64,000 nt of DNA from a bacterium (GCA_030697705.1 JAUYPE010000005.1:602-64601); one strand, 5' to 3'; counted from the first letter of the stretch, positions 49,956 to 59,749 are shown. Program-made: numbers and translations. The notes: generated by a model from the letters alone, not told the origin.

Positions 49956-50273
49956 ATGATACATCTCGCAGTTATTCATACGGGCGGGAAGCAATATGTT
50001 GTCTCGCCGGGGGACAAACTAAAGATAGCAAAGCTTGAGGGCGCCGAAGGGTCGGCGGTCATTTTTTCCGATGTTTTTTTGACGAGTAATGGGGAGAAAA
50101 CGGCCATCGGCACGCCAACCATTTTGGATGCACAAGTTGAGGCGACCATTCTCAAGCAAGCCCGTACGCGGAAAATGATCATCTCTAAATATCACAACAA
50201 AACGCGCTACCGCAAGCGCCAAGGACACCGCCAGCACTACACCGAGGTTGAGATTGGGAAGATAGTTGTATAA
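49956..50273 (+). CDS. rplU: 50S ribosomal protein L21
   Basis: AVIHTGGKQY, GHRQHYT. Confidence 0.97.
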   Translation: MIHLAVIHTGGKQYVVSPGDKLKIAKLEGAEGSAVIFSDVFLTSNGEKTAIGTPTILDAQVEATILKQARTRKMIISKYHNKTRYRKRQGHRQHYTEVEIGKIVV

Positions 50274-50361
50274 AAGGAGCCCACCTGTGGAGAGGTGGGC
50301 TCTTGGTGGAAGGCGAGCTTGGTGTTAGCAGGTAATATAGTTAGGACTTCCGCATTTGATT

Positions 50362-50453
50362 GTCATCCAGAGTCCGCCCAGGGCGGACGAAGGATCCCGT
50401 TAGATTTCAGTATACTGAATATTCACGGGATTCCTCGCTTCACTCGGAATGAC
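50362..50453. repeat. GTCAT..ATGAC REP/RPE-like palindrome
   Basis: GTCATCCAGAG[TCCGCCCAGGGCGGA]CGAAGGATCCCGT...ACGGGATTCCTCGCTTCACTCGGAATGAC. Confidence 0.8.
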
Positions 50454-50478
50454 GGATCAAGAGGCAAACGCGTAAGTC

Positions 50479-50877
50479 CTAATTGATACCAATACCGAAC
50501 ACCTCACGCAAGTCCTGCAGGGTTGTCACGAACCGGAGCTCCTTAAGCTGGTATGGCTGGTCATTGGAGCCGAGCTGATAACCCCATTGATGCCCATTGC
50601 TGAAGGGAACATATCCATCCCATCCGGAACGAGAACTTTCAAGTATCAGATGCTTCCCCGTTTCTACGAGACACCTTAGGTTTTCATAGTTTCCACTGAA
50701 GATCATTTTCTGCGAAAAATTGCGCTCCATGCTGTCTTTGGAGCAAAAAGTGAACACGCGACACCCTGCGGCAATGGGGTCTCCGCCAGCGCGTTTGACA
50801 AGAGCGTACCTATTGGCATGCTCTTCGGAGATGACTGCAGTTACGCCGTTGTTGGAGGACGAGAAAAAGCGAGCCAT
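50479..50877 (-). CDS. Hypothetical protein (ORFan cassette)
   Basis: SD TAAGGAG; promoter TTGACA-17-TATCAT overlaps the end of recR. Confidence 0.65.
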   Translation of the reverse strand: MARFFSSSNNGVTAVISEEHANRYALVKRAGGDPIAAGCRVFTFCSKDSMERNFSQKMIFSGNYENLRCLVETGKHLILESSRSGWDGYVPFSNGHQWGYQLGSNDQPYQLKELRFVTTLQDLREVFGIGIN

Positions 50878-50943
50878 TAGCTTACTCCTTAGAGTTTGGG
50901 ATAGTGCTGTTTTTGGGAAAGGACTTGTGGGGATGATAGTATA

Positions 50944-51579
50944 CTATTTCCTATTTGTCAAGGCATTGGTGAGGGTGACCTCGTCGGCGTATTCAAGCTC
51001 GGCGCCGAGCGATAAGCCGCGGCCGAGGCGCGAAATGGTGAGATGCGGGTGTTTTTCTTTGAGCGGCGAGAGAATCCGTTCAATATACGTGGCGGTCGTG
51101 TCACCCTCGGCTGTAGAACCGGTGGCGAGAATGACCTCAATCGGTTTATCGTTTTTTTGTACGAGATCCTCAACGCGATTATAGAGCGCGCGCAGATGAA
51201 GGCGTTTGGGCGAGTCGGCATCAAGTGGTGAGATAACGCCACCGAGAATATGATAGGTGCCGTGGTAGGTGGCGAGCTTTTCAAGATTGTGGAGATCGGC
51301 TTCTTTTTCAACCACGGCAATTTGGCGGGCATCGCGCCGTTCGTCTTTACAGATGGCGCAAAGTTGCTTGTCTTCTTTTGTATAAAGCTCAAGGGAACGC
51401 CAGCATTGCGCGCATTCGCCGATATGCTCGCGCATGGTTCGTAACGACTCCGCAATATCATCGGCAACGCCTTGCCGGTCTTTCAATAAAAAAAAAGCTA
51501 ACCGCGTGGCTTGGCGCGGCCCGATCCCCGGCAAGTGCGTCAGCGCATCTATTAATTCTTGTATGGGCTTGGGGTACAT
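50944..51579 (-). CDS. recR: Recombination mediator RecR
   Basis: LPGIGPRQA, C4 zinc finger, Toprim EGDTTA, ELEYADEVTL. Confidence 0.97.
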   Translation of the reverse strand: MYPKPIQELIDALTHLPGIGPRQATRLAFFLLKDRQGVADDIAESLRTMREHIGECAQCWRSLELYTKEDKQLCAICKDERRDARQIAVVEKEADLHNLEKLATYHGTYHILGGVISPLDADSPKRLHLRALYNRVEDLVQKNDKPIEVILATGSTAEGDTTATYIERILSPLKEKHPHLTISRLGRGLSLGAELEYADEVTLTNALTNRK

Positions 51580-51594
51580 GAATGCTCCTGATCG

Positions 51595-52980
51595 CTACAG
51601 CGGCTCCTCAAAGTGTTTTTCAATCGGACGAAACGAAGCGCACTCTTCCTGAAAATACATCTCCATCTTGCCGGTGGGGCCGTTGCGGTGTTTCTCCACG
51701 CGGATCTCGGCGATATTTTTTTTGTCAGAATTCGGATCCGCCTTGTCGGGGCGATAAATAAACATGACGACATCGGCATCCTGTTCTATACTCCCACTTT
51801 CTCTCAAATCCGAGAGTTTGGGAATGGATGAGGGACGCATCTCAACGCCGCGCGAAAGCTGTGAGAGGGCGAGGACGGGCACGTTCAGCTCTTTTGCCAT
51901 GCCCTTTAATGAGCGCGAAATTTCCGAAACTTCTTGCACGCGTGACTCAAAGTTTGAAGAGTGGCCGCGAATAAGCTGGAGGTAATCAATAACGACGAGG
52001 CCGAGATTGTGCTCCGCCTGCAGGCGCCGCGCTTTGGCGCGAAGTTCAATAACCGACGGAGAAGGGGAGTCGTCGATGAAAATAGGCACATCGGAGAGCG
52101 ATGCCATCGCGGTCTGGATGCGCGTGAAGTCGTTGTCCGGTCCGTCGGCACGCAGATGTCCCGTGCGGAGCCGCCAAAGATCCACACTACCATGTGCGGC
52201 GATAAGGCGGTCAATGAGCTGGTCTTTAGACATTTCTAAACTGAAGAGTCCGACTGCGGTGCCGGCAAGTCCGACATTACGGGCAATATCAAGCGCGAGT
52301 GAGGTCTTACCCAAGCTTGGCCGTGCGGCAAGAACAACAAGGTCTGACTTCTGCAAGCCGCCGAGGATATTATCAAGGTCTTTAAATCCCGTGCTTATGC
52401 CGCGAAGCGCGTCCTTCTCGCGATGAATGCGGTCAATGCGCTCCCATGCTTCCTCCAACGCCTCGCGCACCGCGAAAAATTCCTGGCGCATGGAATCCTT
52501 AGCGATACTGAAAATTCTCTGCTCCGCCTGGTCAAGCAGTGCCTCCACATCGTCCGCCTCGCGGTAGCCGAGTTCCGCGATATAGCCGGAGGCGTCAATG
52601 AGATCGCGCAGAAGCCGCTTGCGGCGCACCAGTGTGGCATAATGGTCAACATTGCTTGCCGTGGGGACGGCATTGGCGAGTGTGGTGAGAAATGCTGATC
52701 CACCAATGCGCTCTAGTACTCCTTTTTCGCTTAATCTAGCCGATACGCTCAAGACATCAATAGGTTCGCGGTGATTGAAAAGGTCCAGCATCGCCTCAAA
52801 AATTTCGCGGTGGGCCGGTTTATAGAAATCGCGCGCGGCAATCGCGTCCGCGACACGAAAAATACCATCTTTGTCCAGCATAAGCGCGCCCAACACGGAA
52901 ATCTCCGCCTCAAGATTTTGCGGTGGCACGCGGAGGTGGCCGCCAATACCGGAAGATGATTTTTTTTGAACGGAAGGCAT
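51595..52980 (-). CDS. dnaB: Replicative DNA helicase
   Basis: PPQNLEAE, AARPSLGKT, DYLQL, DLRESGSIEQDAD; no intein. Confidence 0.98.
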   Translation of the reverse strand: MPSVQKKSSSGIGGHLRVPPQNLEAEISVLGALMLDKDGIFRVADAIAARDFYKPAHREIFEAMLDLFNHREPIDVLSVSARLSEKGVLERIGGSAFLTTLANAVPTASNVDHYATLVRRKRLLRDLIDASGYIAELGYREADDVEALLDQAEQRIFSIAKDSMRQEFFAVREALEEAWERIDRIHREKDALRGISTGFKDLDNILGGLQKSDLVVLAARPSLGKTSLALDIARNVGLAGTAVGLFSLEMSKDQLIDRLIAAHGSVDLWRLRTGHLRADGPDNDFTRIQTAMASLSDVPIFIDDSPSPSVIELRAKARRLQAEHNLGLVVIDYLQLIRGHSSNFESRVQEVSEISRSLKGMAKELNVPVLALSQLSRGVEMRPSSIPKLSDLRESGSIEQDADVVMFIYRPDKADPNSDKKNIAEIRVEKHRNGPTGKMEMYFQEECASFRPIEKHFEEPL

Positions 52981-53063
52981 GCAGACATTATACAGCAGGT
53001 AATGCCATTGGTACACATTGACAAAGATGTGCTTTTTGCGTTGCAGATAGTAGGGTGGTACAT

Positions 53064-53224
53064 TAGACCTGTCCCCTTATAACCTTTCTACTGCAATGTT
53101 CACATTTCGGCTACGACTTTACAAAAATCTTGAAGCATATACAGCGTATATGTTGAAAGATTTTTGTTTTGTCTCGCTCGAAATCTGAACATCTCGTAAC
53201 GAAAATTATAAGGGGACAGGTCTA
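53064..53224. repeat. ~160-bp rod-like palindromic element, copy 2
   Basis: 19-bp perfect terminal IR TAGACCTGTCCCCTTATAA / TTATAAGGGGACAGGTCTA plus long internal stems. Confidence 0.8.
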
Positions 53225-53235
53225 TTGAAAAAACT

Positions 53236-53355
53236 ATGGCGAAGAAAAAACAGCGCGCAGGAAAGAAATTTTTCCATGGCGATGATCTGACGAAAATCAA
53301 AGAGGATCGCCGGCGGCGTTCCAAAACGGAGCCGTGGGAGAAGAAAAAGCGCTGA
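53236..53355 (+). CDS. 39-aa highly basic small protein
   Basis: MAKKKQRAGKKFFHGDDLTKIKEDRRRRSKTEPWEKKKR; AAAAACTATG start context like that of other genes here. Confidence 0.5.
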   Translation: MAKKKQRAGKKFFHGDDLTKIKEDRRRRSKTEPWEKKKR

Positions 53356-53395
53356 TGGCAGGATCACGGCATCATGCGGCACTGATTTATTTTTT

Positions 53396-53638
53396 ATGAG
53401 AATTCATGTTCACGCGGTGCCGGGCGCGCGGAAAGAGGAGGTTGTAGAGATGACATCCGGCGAAAGCGGTTCCGGAGAGCGACTTTTCCGCGTTTCGGTG
53501 AAAGAACCGCCCGTGGCCGGACGGGCGAACCGGGCGATTATCAGCGCGCTTGCCGATTATTTCGGAGTCCCCGAGACGCGCGTGCGTATCGTGAGTGGTG
53601 CAATGAGCCGGAGGAAAATTATTGCGATAGAAGAGTGA
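53396..53638 (+). CDS. DUF167/YggU family protein
   Basis: VHAVPGAR, PPVAGRAN, IVSGAMSRRK. Confidence 0.88.
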   Translation: MRIHVHAVPGARKEEVVEMTSGESGSGERLFRVSVKEPPVAGRANRAIISALADYFGVPETRVRIVSGAMSRRKIIAIEE

Positions 53639-53664
53639 TGGTATATCGCGCGATGACGCGTCAA

Positions 53665-55047
53665 TCAGTCAATACTGCCAAGATCTTCGCGGTATAAAAC
53701 TTCGGAGCCGATTCCCGCAACGGGCGTGCCGGCACTTTTCGTTACGCGGAGAAGTTCTTCAAGTGTGGTAATGCCAGCCAATACTTTTGCCATGCCATCG
53801 CTCGCCATATCGCGGAAACCCGTTTCTTCGCACGCCGCTTTTATCACCTCCGCGCTCGCATGGGCGAGGATGAGATCGTGCACTTGCTTGTTGAGTTCCA
53901 CCATCTCAAAAATGCCGATACGGCCGAGGTACCCGGTGTTCATGCATCGCCGGCATCCCGTGCCGCTCTTAAGCTCCGTGCGGGCAAGCTCATCCGTGTC
54001 TTTGCCGAGGATGACAAGCGCTTTGAGAAGGTCGCGGTACTCGCTCATTTTTTTAATAATCGCCGGATCGGGTGTACGGGCGACCGTGCAGTGGGGGCAC
54101 ACGCGGCGCACGAGGCGTTGGGCGATGACGAGATTGACGATAGAAGCCGTAACGAAGTCGTCAATGCGCATTTCCAACAAACGCACAAAAGCCGAGGGAG
54201 CGTCATTGGTATGAAGCGTAGTGAAAACAAGATGACCGGTGAGCGCGGCATTGGCGGTGATGACGGCGGTCTCCGAATCCCGTATCTCACCGACCATCAT
54301 GACATCTGGATCCTGCCGCAACAGCGCGCGGAGCCCGTTGGCAAACGTAAGGCCGATGGCGGGATTGACCTGCATTTGCGTGACGCCGGCGAGCGAGTAT
54401 TCTATGGGGTCCTCAAGTGTGGAGACGTTGATATTTCCTTTGGGCAGGAGATTGATAAGACCGTAGAGTGTTGTCGTCTTGCCCGATCCCGTGGGTCCGG
54501 ACGAGACGATCATACCGAACGGCTTTTGGATGTTGCGCATGACAATTTCTTGATGCGCGGATGAAAAACCGAGCCGGTCAAGCGAAAAGTCGCGTAGCTC
54601 GTTGCTCTCCAGAATGCGGAGCACCGCTTTTTCGCCGTGAAGCGTGGGAATGGTTGATATGCGCAGAGACGATGCGGCGTAGCGATCAAGCTCAATGCGG
54701 CCGTTCTGCGGGCGGCGCGCCTCGTCTGTCTTCAGACTTGCAAGAATTTTAAGCCGTCCCATGATGGCAAGATAAATCTCGCGCGGCAGTTCAAGGAATG
54801 TGTGGAGCGCTCCATCCACGCGCAAGCGCACCGTCGCACCCTCGCGTGATGGTTCAATGTGGATATCGCTGGCGCGGCCCTCAATCGCATGCGCGATAAT
54901 GGCATCGGTCGTCTCAATTATGGTAAGATGCGTACCGAGATTGGGAATGGTATACACGGGTGCGATCATGTCGCCGTTCGCCGAAAAAAGATCGCGGGCG
55001 CTTGGCTGATCCTTGATGATTGTTTTAGCGATATTCGGAAGATTCAT
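53665..55047 (-). CDS. GspE/PilB-family secretion/pilus assembly ATPase
   Basis: ASDIHIEP, GPTGSGKTT, LEDPIE, RQDPD, TLHTN, tetra-Cys motif. Confidence 0.92.
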   Translation of the reverse strand: MNLPNIAKTIIKDQPSARDLFSANGDMIAPVYTIPNLGTHLTIIETTDAIIAHAIEGRASDIHIEPSREGATVRLRVDGALHTFLELPREIYLAIMGRLKILASLKTDEARRPQNGRIELDRYAASSLRISTIPTLHGEKAVLRILESNELRDFSLDRLGFSSAHQEIVMRNIQKPFGMIVSSGPTGSGKTTTLYGLINLLPKGNINVSTLEDPIEYSLAGVTQMQVNPAIGLTFANGLRALLRQDPDVMMVGEIRDSETAVITANAALTGHLVFTTLHTNDAPSAFVRLLEMRIDDFVTASIVNLVIAQRLVRRVCPHCTVARTPDPAIIKKMSEYRDLLKALVILGKDTDELARTELKSGTGCRRCMNTGYLGRIGIFEMVELNKQVHDLILAHASAEVIKAACEETGFRDMASDGMAKVLAGITTLEELLRVTKSAGTPVAGIGSEVLYREDLGSID

Positions 55048-55133
55048 GATGTTATTTTTTTAACGCGTAGATTCAGAGAGTACCATTAAAGTCCATATAA
55101 ATCAAACCGATCTCTCGGGCACTTCAAATAAGA

Positions 55134-55162
55134 TTGACTGTATACCCCCAGGGGGGTATACT
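55134..55162 (+). promoter_or_regulatory. Promoter with an overlapping CsoR-type operator
   Basis: TTGACT-17-TATACT overlapping the palindrome TATACCCCC-AG-GGGGGTATA (55141-55160). Confidence 0.88.
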
Positions 55163-55172
55163 TCTTTAATAT

Positions 55173-55448
55173 ATGCAATACATGGACGATAAAGATAAGA
55201 GCCGGATCGTTCAGCGGCTGAGCATTCTTGAGGGTCAAATTCGCGGCCTTCAAAAAATGGTTGAACATAATACTTATTGCGTTGATGTGATCACGCAGAC
55301 GTCCGCAGTCAAACAAGGGTTATCAAAGATTGAGGATTTATTGCTTGAAAATCACCTTGGGAGTTGCGTTCTTAATCAGATGAAATCAGGACAAACACGC
55401 AAGGTAAAAGAGGAAATCCTCAAGGTATATAAACTCAAGCGTAAATAA
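55173..55448 (+). CDS. csoR: CsoR-family copper-sensing repressor
   Basis: RLSILEGQIRGL..YCVDV..ENHLGSC (C-H-C ligands). Confidence 0.9.
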   Translation: MQYMDDKDKSRIVQRLSILEGQIRGLQKMVEHNTYCVDVITQTSAVKQGLSKIEDLLLENHLGSCVLNQMKSGQTRKVKEEILKVYKLKRK

Positions 55449-55449
55449 T

Positions 55450-57744
55450 ATGCATACGCAAATTTACAAGGTAAATGGAATGCACTGCGCCTCATGCTCC
55501 TCAATTATTGAGAAGACATTCAAGAAAATTGCGAGCGTGCAATCGGCAGAAGTAAATTATGGCACAGAAAAAGCAAAAATCTCTTTTGATCCATCAAAGA
55601 CAAATCCTCACGATCTTTCCAAGTATATCGAGCCGCTCGGCTATTCGCTAGAAGTTCCTACCACGGTCGAGGAAATGGGAACGTCCGAGAGTGATCATGC
55701 GGCGCATCTTGGTTTAAATCAGTCCAAGAAAGAAAAGCTTGCCGAGGTAGCTGACATGGGGACTAAAGTCATGGCGGCTATCCCTCTGGCGATTTTCAGT
55801 ATCCTTGTCATGGGCTGGGATATCCTCGCCCAATTTGGAATTGTTTCCGAAATGTCTACCGTTATATATAAATTCGTACATCATCTTTTGCCCATCTTTG
55901 CGACGTATGTGCTTTTTGTCGTAGGCAAGCCGTACCTCTTGGGTTTCTATCGCTTCCTTCGATACGGCAAAGCGAATATGGATACTCTCATTGGTATTGG
56001 TACATTTGTCGCTTTTCTTTACAGTTTCATTATCACTGCTTTCGAAGAACCGTTGCGTCAATTTATAAATGTTGAGCATACCTACTACGACGTTACTATT
56101 GTTGTCATAGCGTTCATAACGCTTGGCAAATATCTTGAAGCTAAGGCAAAAATTAAAACTGGAGACGCTATTGAGAAGCTTCTTAATCTGCAAGCTAAAA
56201 CAGCAATAGTAGTTCGAAACGGCAAAGAGCAAGAAATTTCTATAAATCAGGTAGTACACGGCAACCACATTGTTGTAAAACCTGGAGCCAGAATTCCGGT
56301 GGATGGGATCGTTTCCGACGGCTCATCGTTTGTTGACGAATCTATGGTTACCGGTGAGTCTATGCCGATTGAGAAAAATATCGGCGATACGGTTGTCGCC
56401 GGTACGATCAATACCACTGGCTCATTTACATTTAAAGCTACTAAGGTGGGTGCAGAAACATTACTTGCCCACATCATCAAAATGGTTGAGGACGCTCAAG
56501 GCAGTCGTGCTCCCATTCAGGCATTGGCTGATAGAATTTCGGCTGTATTCGTTCCCATTGTGATTGTCTTAGCGTTCCTTGCTCTTGGCGCATGGCTTTT
56601 ACTTGGCACGAGTGCATTTGGTTTCTCTCAAGCTCTTTCCTATGGCCTCGTGTCATTCGTCGGCATCCTTGTGATTGCATGTCCGTGTGCGCTTGGCCTT
56701 GCAACGCCGACAGCAATTATTGTGGGTGTTGGCAAGGGAGCAAAAGAAGGCATTTTGATCAAGGATGCCGCAACTCTCGAAAAACTTCACAAGGTTAATA
56801 CCGTGGTGGTTGACAAGACCGGAACTATAACCAAAGGAAAGCCGGAACTCGTACACATACAAAACATAGCCGATTTTTCCGATGAAAAAATAATTTCTAT
56901 TCTTGCTACATTAGAAAGTAAATCCGAACATCCAATTGCTCATGCTGTTTTAGAGTATGCAAAAGCCAAAGGCATTTCTCTCTTGCCTCTTTCTCACTTT
57001 GAGGTCGTTCAAGGCAAAGGACTGAAAGCAATAATTGAAAAAGTTGAATTCTTTGCTGGAAATACGAAATTGATATCTGATCTTAAACTACCTTTTGATT
57101 TGAAAAAAATCGAGGCAGAAACTCTACAGGGCAAAACGCCAGTCATTCTTGCGAATAAGGATAAAGTTCTTGGCGTGGTCATGGTGGCTGACGCAATTAA
57201 ATCCGAAACGATTGAAGCGATAAAAAATCTCCATAAGCTTGGCATTAAAGTCGTCATGCTCACCGGTGATCACAAAAATACAGCTCTTGCCATCGCCAAA
57301 GAAGTCGGAATCGACGACGTGGTAGCAGAGGTACTTCCAGACGACAAGCTCAACAAAATAAAAGAGTTGCAGAATCAGGGTCGCATTGTGGCCATGGCCG
57401 GTGACGGTATTAACGATGCTCCAGCTCTTGCACAAGCGGATGTCGGTATCGCTATGGAGACCGGTACCGATGTGGCGATTGAGACGGCCGGTATTACTCT
57501 TTTGCATGGCGATATTTCAAAGCTCGTGAAAGCGATTCGTCTTTCAAAGTTCATTATGCGAGGGATCAAACAAAATCTCTTTTGGGCGTTTATATATAAC
57601 ATAATCGGCATTCCACTCGCCGGAGGATTGTTTTATCCTATATTTGGCTGGCTCTTAAATCCCATCTTTGCCGGGCTTGCTATGGCATTCTCAAGCGTTT
57701 CGGTTGTCAGCAATTCATTACGGCTTAAAGCAAAGAAATTATAA
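55450..57744 (+). CDS. copA: Cu(I)-translocating P1B-type ATPase, second copy
   Basis: GMHCASC, TGES, CPC, DKTGT, SEHP, GDGIND, YN, MAFSS. Confidence 0.93.
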   Translation: MHTQIYKVNGMHCASCSSIIEKTFKKIASVQSAEVNYGTEKAKISFDPSKTNPHDLSKYIEPLGYSLEVPTTVEEMGTSESDHAAHLGLNQSKKEKLAEVADMGTKVMAAIPLAIFSILVMGWDILAQFGIVSEMSTVIYKFVHHLLPIFATYVLFVVGKPYLLGFYRFLRYGKANMDTLIGIGTFVAFLYSFIITAFEEPLRQFINVEHTYYDVTIVVIAFITLGKYLEAKAKIKTGDAIEKLLNLQAKTAIVVRNGKEQEISINQVVHGNHIVVKPGARIPVDGIVSDGSSFVDESMVTGESMPIEKNIGDTVVAGTINTTGSFTFKATKVGAETLLAHIIKMVEDAQGSRAPIQALADRISAVFVPIVIVLAFLALGAWLLLGTSAFGFSQALSYGLVSFVGILVIACPCALGLATPTAIIVGVGKGAKEGILIKDAATLEKLHKVNTVVVDKTGTITKGKPELVHIQNIADFSDEKIISILATLESKSEHPIAHAVLEYAKAKGISLLPLSHFEVVQGKGLKAIIEKVEFFAGNTKLISDLKLPFDLKKIEAETLQGKTPVILANKDKVLGVVMVADAIKSETIEAIKNLHKLGIKVVMLTGDHKNTALAIAKEVGIDDVVAEVLPDDKLNKIKELQNQGRIVAMAGDGINDAPALAQADVGIAMETGTDVAIETAGITLLHGDISKLVKAIRLSKFIMRGIKQNLFWAFIYNIIGIPLAGGLFYPIFGWLLNPIFAGLAMAFSSVSVVSNSLRLKAKKL

Positions 57745-58268
57745 TGAAAACCAAGCTTTTCACGTTGCTCATGGTAGTCAGCATGCCTTTCATCGCTTTC
57801 GCAAATGGAGGAGATCAACGCGTTGCAGATGGATATTTAGTAAATCTCTCTCGTGCCCCTTTTACGCCGATTGTCGGAGTCAAGACCGCACTACTTGCCT
57901 CATTCGTTGACCTTAAAACGGGAAATCTGATAAAAAATGATATTTTAGTTTCGATTCGAATAGCCGAAGGAAGAGGATCGAGGGCTTTTATCCACGAGAA
58001 AAAAGATATTCCGATACGAGGAGGAGTGCTGGAGTATTTGTACACATTCCAAAATCCAGGAATACATGAAATATTTTTTGACTTTAAACTTGTAAACGAT
58101 CCGGAACAGAAAGTTCACGAGTTGCCAGACTTTCTTTTAGACGTGCAAAAACCCACGTCTAAAAAAATGCTAGACAATAAGTCGTTTATCTTTGGTATTT
58201 GCGTCGGGATTGTGTCAGGTCTGATTATCGAATGGCTTTTGGGAAAAAGGCAGAATGTAAGGTTATGA
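57744..58268 (+). CDS. Exported, C-terminally anchored hypothetical protein
   Basis: Signal peptide, beta-rich core, C-terminal TM; coupled to copA. Confidence 0.65.
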   Translation: MKTKLFTLLMVVSMPFIAFANGGDQRVADGYLVNLSRAPFTPIVGVKTALLASFVDLKTGNLIKNDILVSIRIAEGRGSRAFIHEKKDIPIRGGVLEYLYTFQNPGIHEIFFDFKLVNDPEQKVHELPDFLLDVQKPTSKKMLDNKSFIFGICVGIVSGLIIEWLLGKRQNVRL

Positions 58269-59299
58269 TCAACAAAAATCAAAAAACATACACATTCCAT
58301 GTTAACGGCATGCACTGCAATGCCTGTATCGTGCTCACAGAAAGTGAACTCACTGACGTGCTGGAGGTGATAAAAGCAAAATCATCACTTGCAAAGCATA
58401 GCGTCGAGGTAACCGGAGATTTTGGAGACAAAGAGCCAGAACATATTGCGAGATACTTAAGCGAGGTATTAAAACCGCACGGATATACTCTCTCGCTTGG
58501 GAAACAAAAACATGCAGTTAAGTGGTCTGACTTCAATCTCGCTTTACCAATTGCCGGAGGGTTTATTGCTCTATTCATCATTTTGCAAAAACTCGGAATA
58601 GTGAACTTGGTGAACACATCAGAAGTTAGTTACGATACTGCATTCGTTATCGGTCTTGTTGCCTCGGTTTCTACCTGTATGGCAGTGGTTGGGGGTCTAG
58701 TACTTTCAATGTCTGCAAACTTTGCCAAAGAAGGTGACAGGATACGACCGCAGGTGTTGTTCCATGTCGGCCGATTGGTTTCGTTTTTCATTCTTGGTGG
58801 CGTGATCGGAGCACTTGGTTCGGCATTCCAGCTCGGCTCAACAGGCACTTTTATTCTTAGCTTTATTATTGCCCTAGTACTGCTGATCCTCGGCATTAAT
58901 CTCCTTGATGTATTTCCGTGGGCAAAGAAACTCCAGCCGACTATGCCAAGTTTTATCGGTAAACGAGTGTATGGTCTTAAGAATGTAAACCATACGCTTA
59001 CGCCTCTCTTGGTGGGCGTTGCGACATTTTTCTTGCCCTGTGGCTTCACCCAGTCAATGCAAATTTATGCGCTGACCACCGGTAGTTTTTTGACTGGCGC
59101 GTTGATCATGGGTGTGTTTGCGCTTGGCACGCTCCCCGTACTTTCACTTTTAAGCTTCAGCTCGCTCGGCATTCATAAAAAAGCCCAATCGGGAGTATTC
59201 TTTAAGGCAACCGGGCTTGTTGTGTTGTTTTTCGGAATTTTTAATCTGATAAACAGCTTAGTCGCCGTCGGTATTATCCCACCGCTCTTCAGTTTTTAA
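58265..59299 (+). CDS. HMA domain plus DsbD_2-like membrane protein
   Basis: GMHCNAC, STCMAVVGG, FHVGRL, FLPCG. Confidence 0.85.
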   Translation: MINKNQKTYTFHVNGMHCNACIVLTESELTDVLEVIKAKSSLAKHSVEVTGDFGDKEPEHIARYLSEVLKPHGYTLSLGKQKHAVKWSDFNLALPIAGGFIALFIILQKLGIVNLVNTSEVSYDTAFVIGLVASVSTCMAVVGGLVLSMSANFAKEGDRIRPQVLFHVGRLVSFFILGGVIGALGSAFQLGSTGTFILSFIIALVLLILGINLLDVFPWAKKLQPTMPSFIGKRVYGLKNVNHTLTPLLVGVATFFLPCGFTQSMQIYALTTGSFLTGALIMGVFALGTLPVLSLLSFSSLGIHKKAQSGVFFKATGLVVLFFGIFNLINSLVAVGIIPPLFSF

Positions 59300-59326
59300 G
59301 CGTCTTGTGATACCATACGAATACTC

Positions 59327-59722
59327 ATGAAAACTACCGCCCTATCCATAGCAATTACCGTAGTCCTTATCGGAGGAGCAATCATGCTCGTCAGAGGAAA
59401 TAAGGATTCAGACAACACTCGCTCGCAATCCGCGAATAATGTAAGTGTTGTTGGCAGCAAACAGGTTATTGAAATAAATGCTAAGGGCGGTTATGCGCCA
59501 AGAATCACGACTGCTAAAGCCGACACGCCTACGGTGATAAAACTAACGACTAACGGCACATTTGACTGTTCGTCTGCCGTACGCATTCCCGGTCTAGGCT
59601 ATCACAGTAATCTCCCGCCCTCCGGTGAGACCTTTGTAGAGGTACCTCCGCAAAAAGTTGGTACGACCGTGCAAGGACTCTGCGCTATGGCGATGTACAA
59701 CTTTACAGTAAATTTTAAATAG
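59327..59722 (+). CDS. Membrane-anchored cupredoxin (CupA-like)
   Basis: GGYAP, DCSS, CAMAMY. Confidence 0.8.
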   Translation: MKTTALSIAITVVLIGGAIMLVRGNKDSDNTRSQSANNVSVVGSKQVIEINAKGGYAPRITTAKADTPTVIKLTTNGTFDCSSAVRIPGLGYHSNLPPSGETFVEVPPQKVGTTVQGLCAMAMYNFTVNFK

Positions 59723-59749
59723 AATCCATCTCAAAAAATACCTCCCTCT

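Noticed and set aside
51595-52980. Intein or intron in dnaB, recA or rpoBC
   Set aside because: Lengths are normal and no splicing motifs or homing-endonuclease inserts are visible.
53064-53224. 6S RNA
   Set aside because: The rod with a central bubble is suggestive, but a second related copy lies inside the ssb-rpsR spacer and the ends look like a repeat element. Not called without a covariance-model search.
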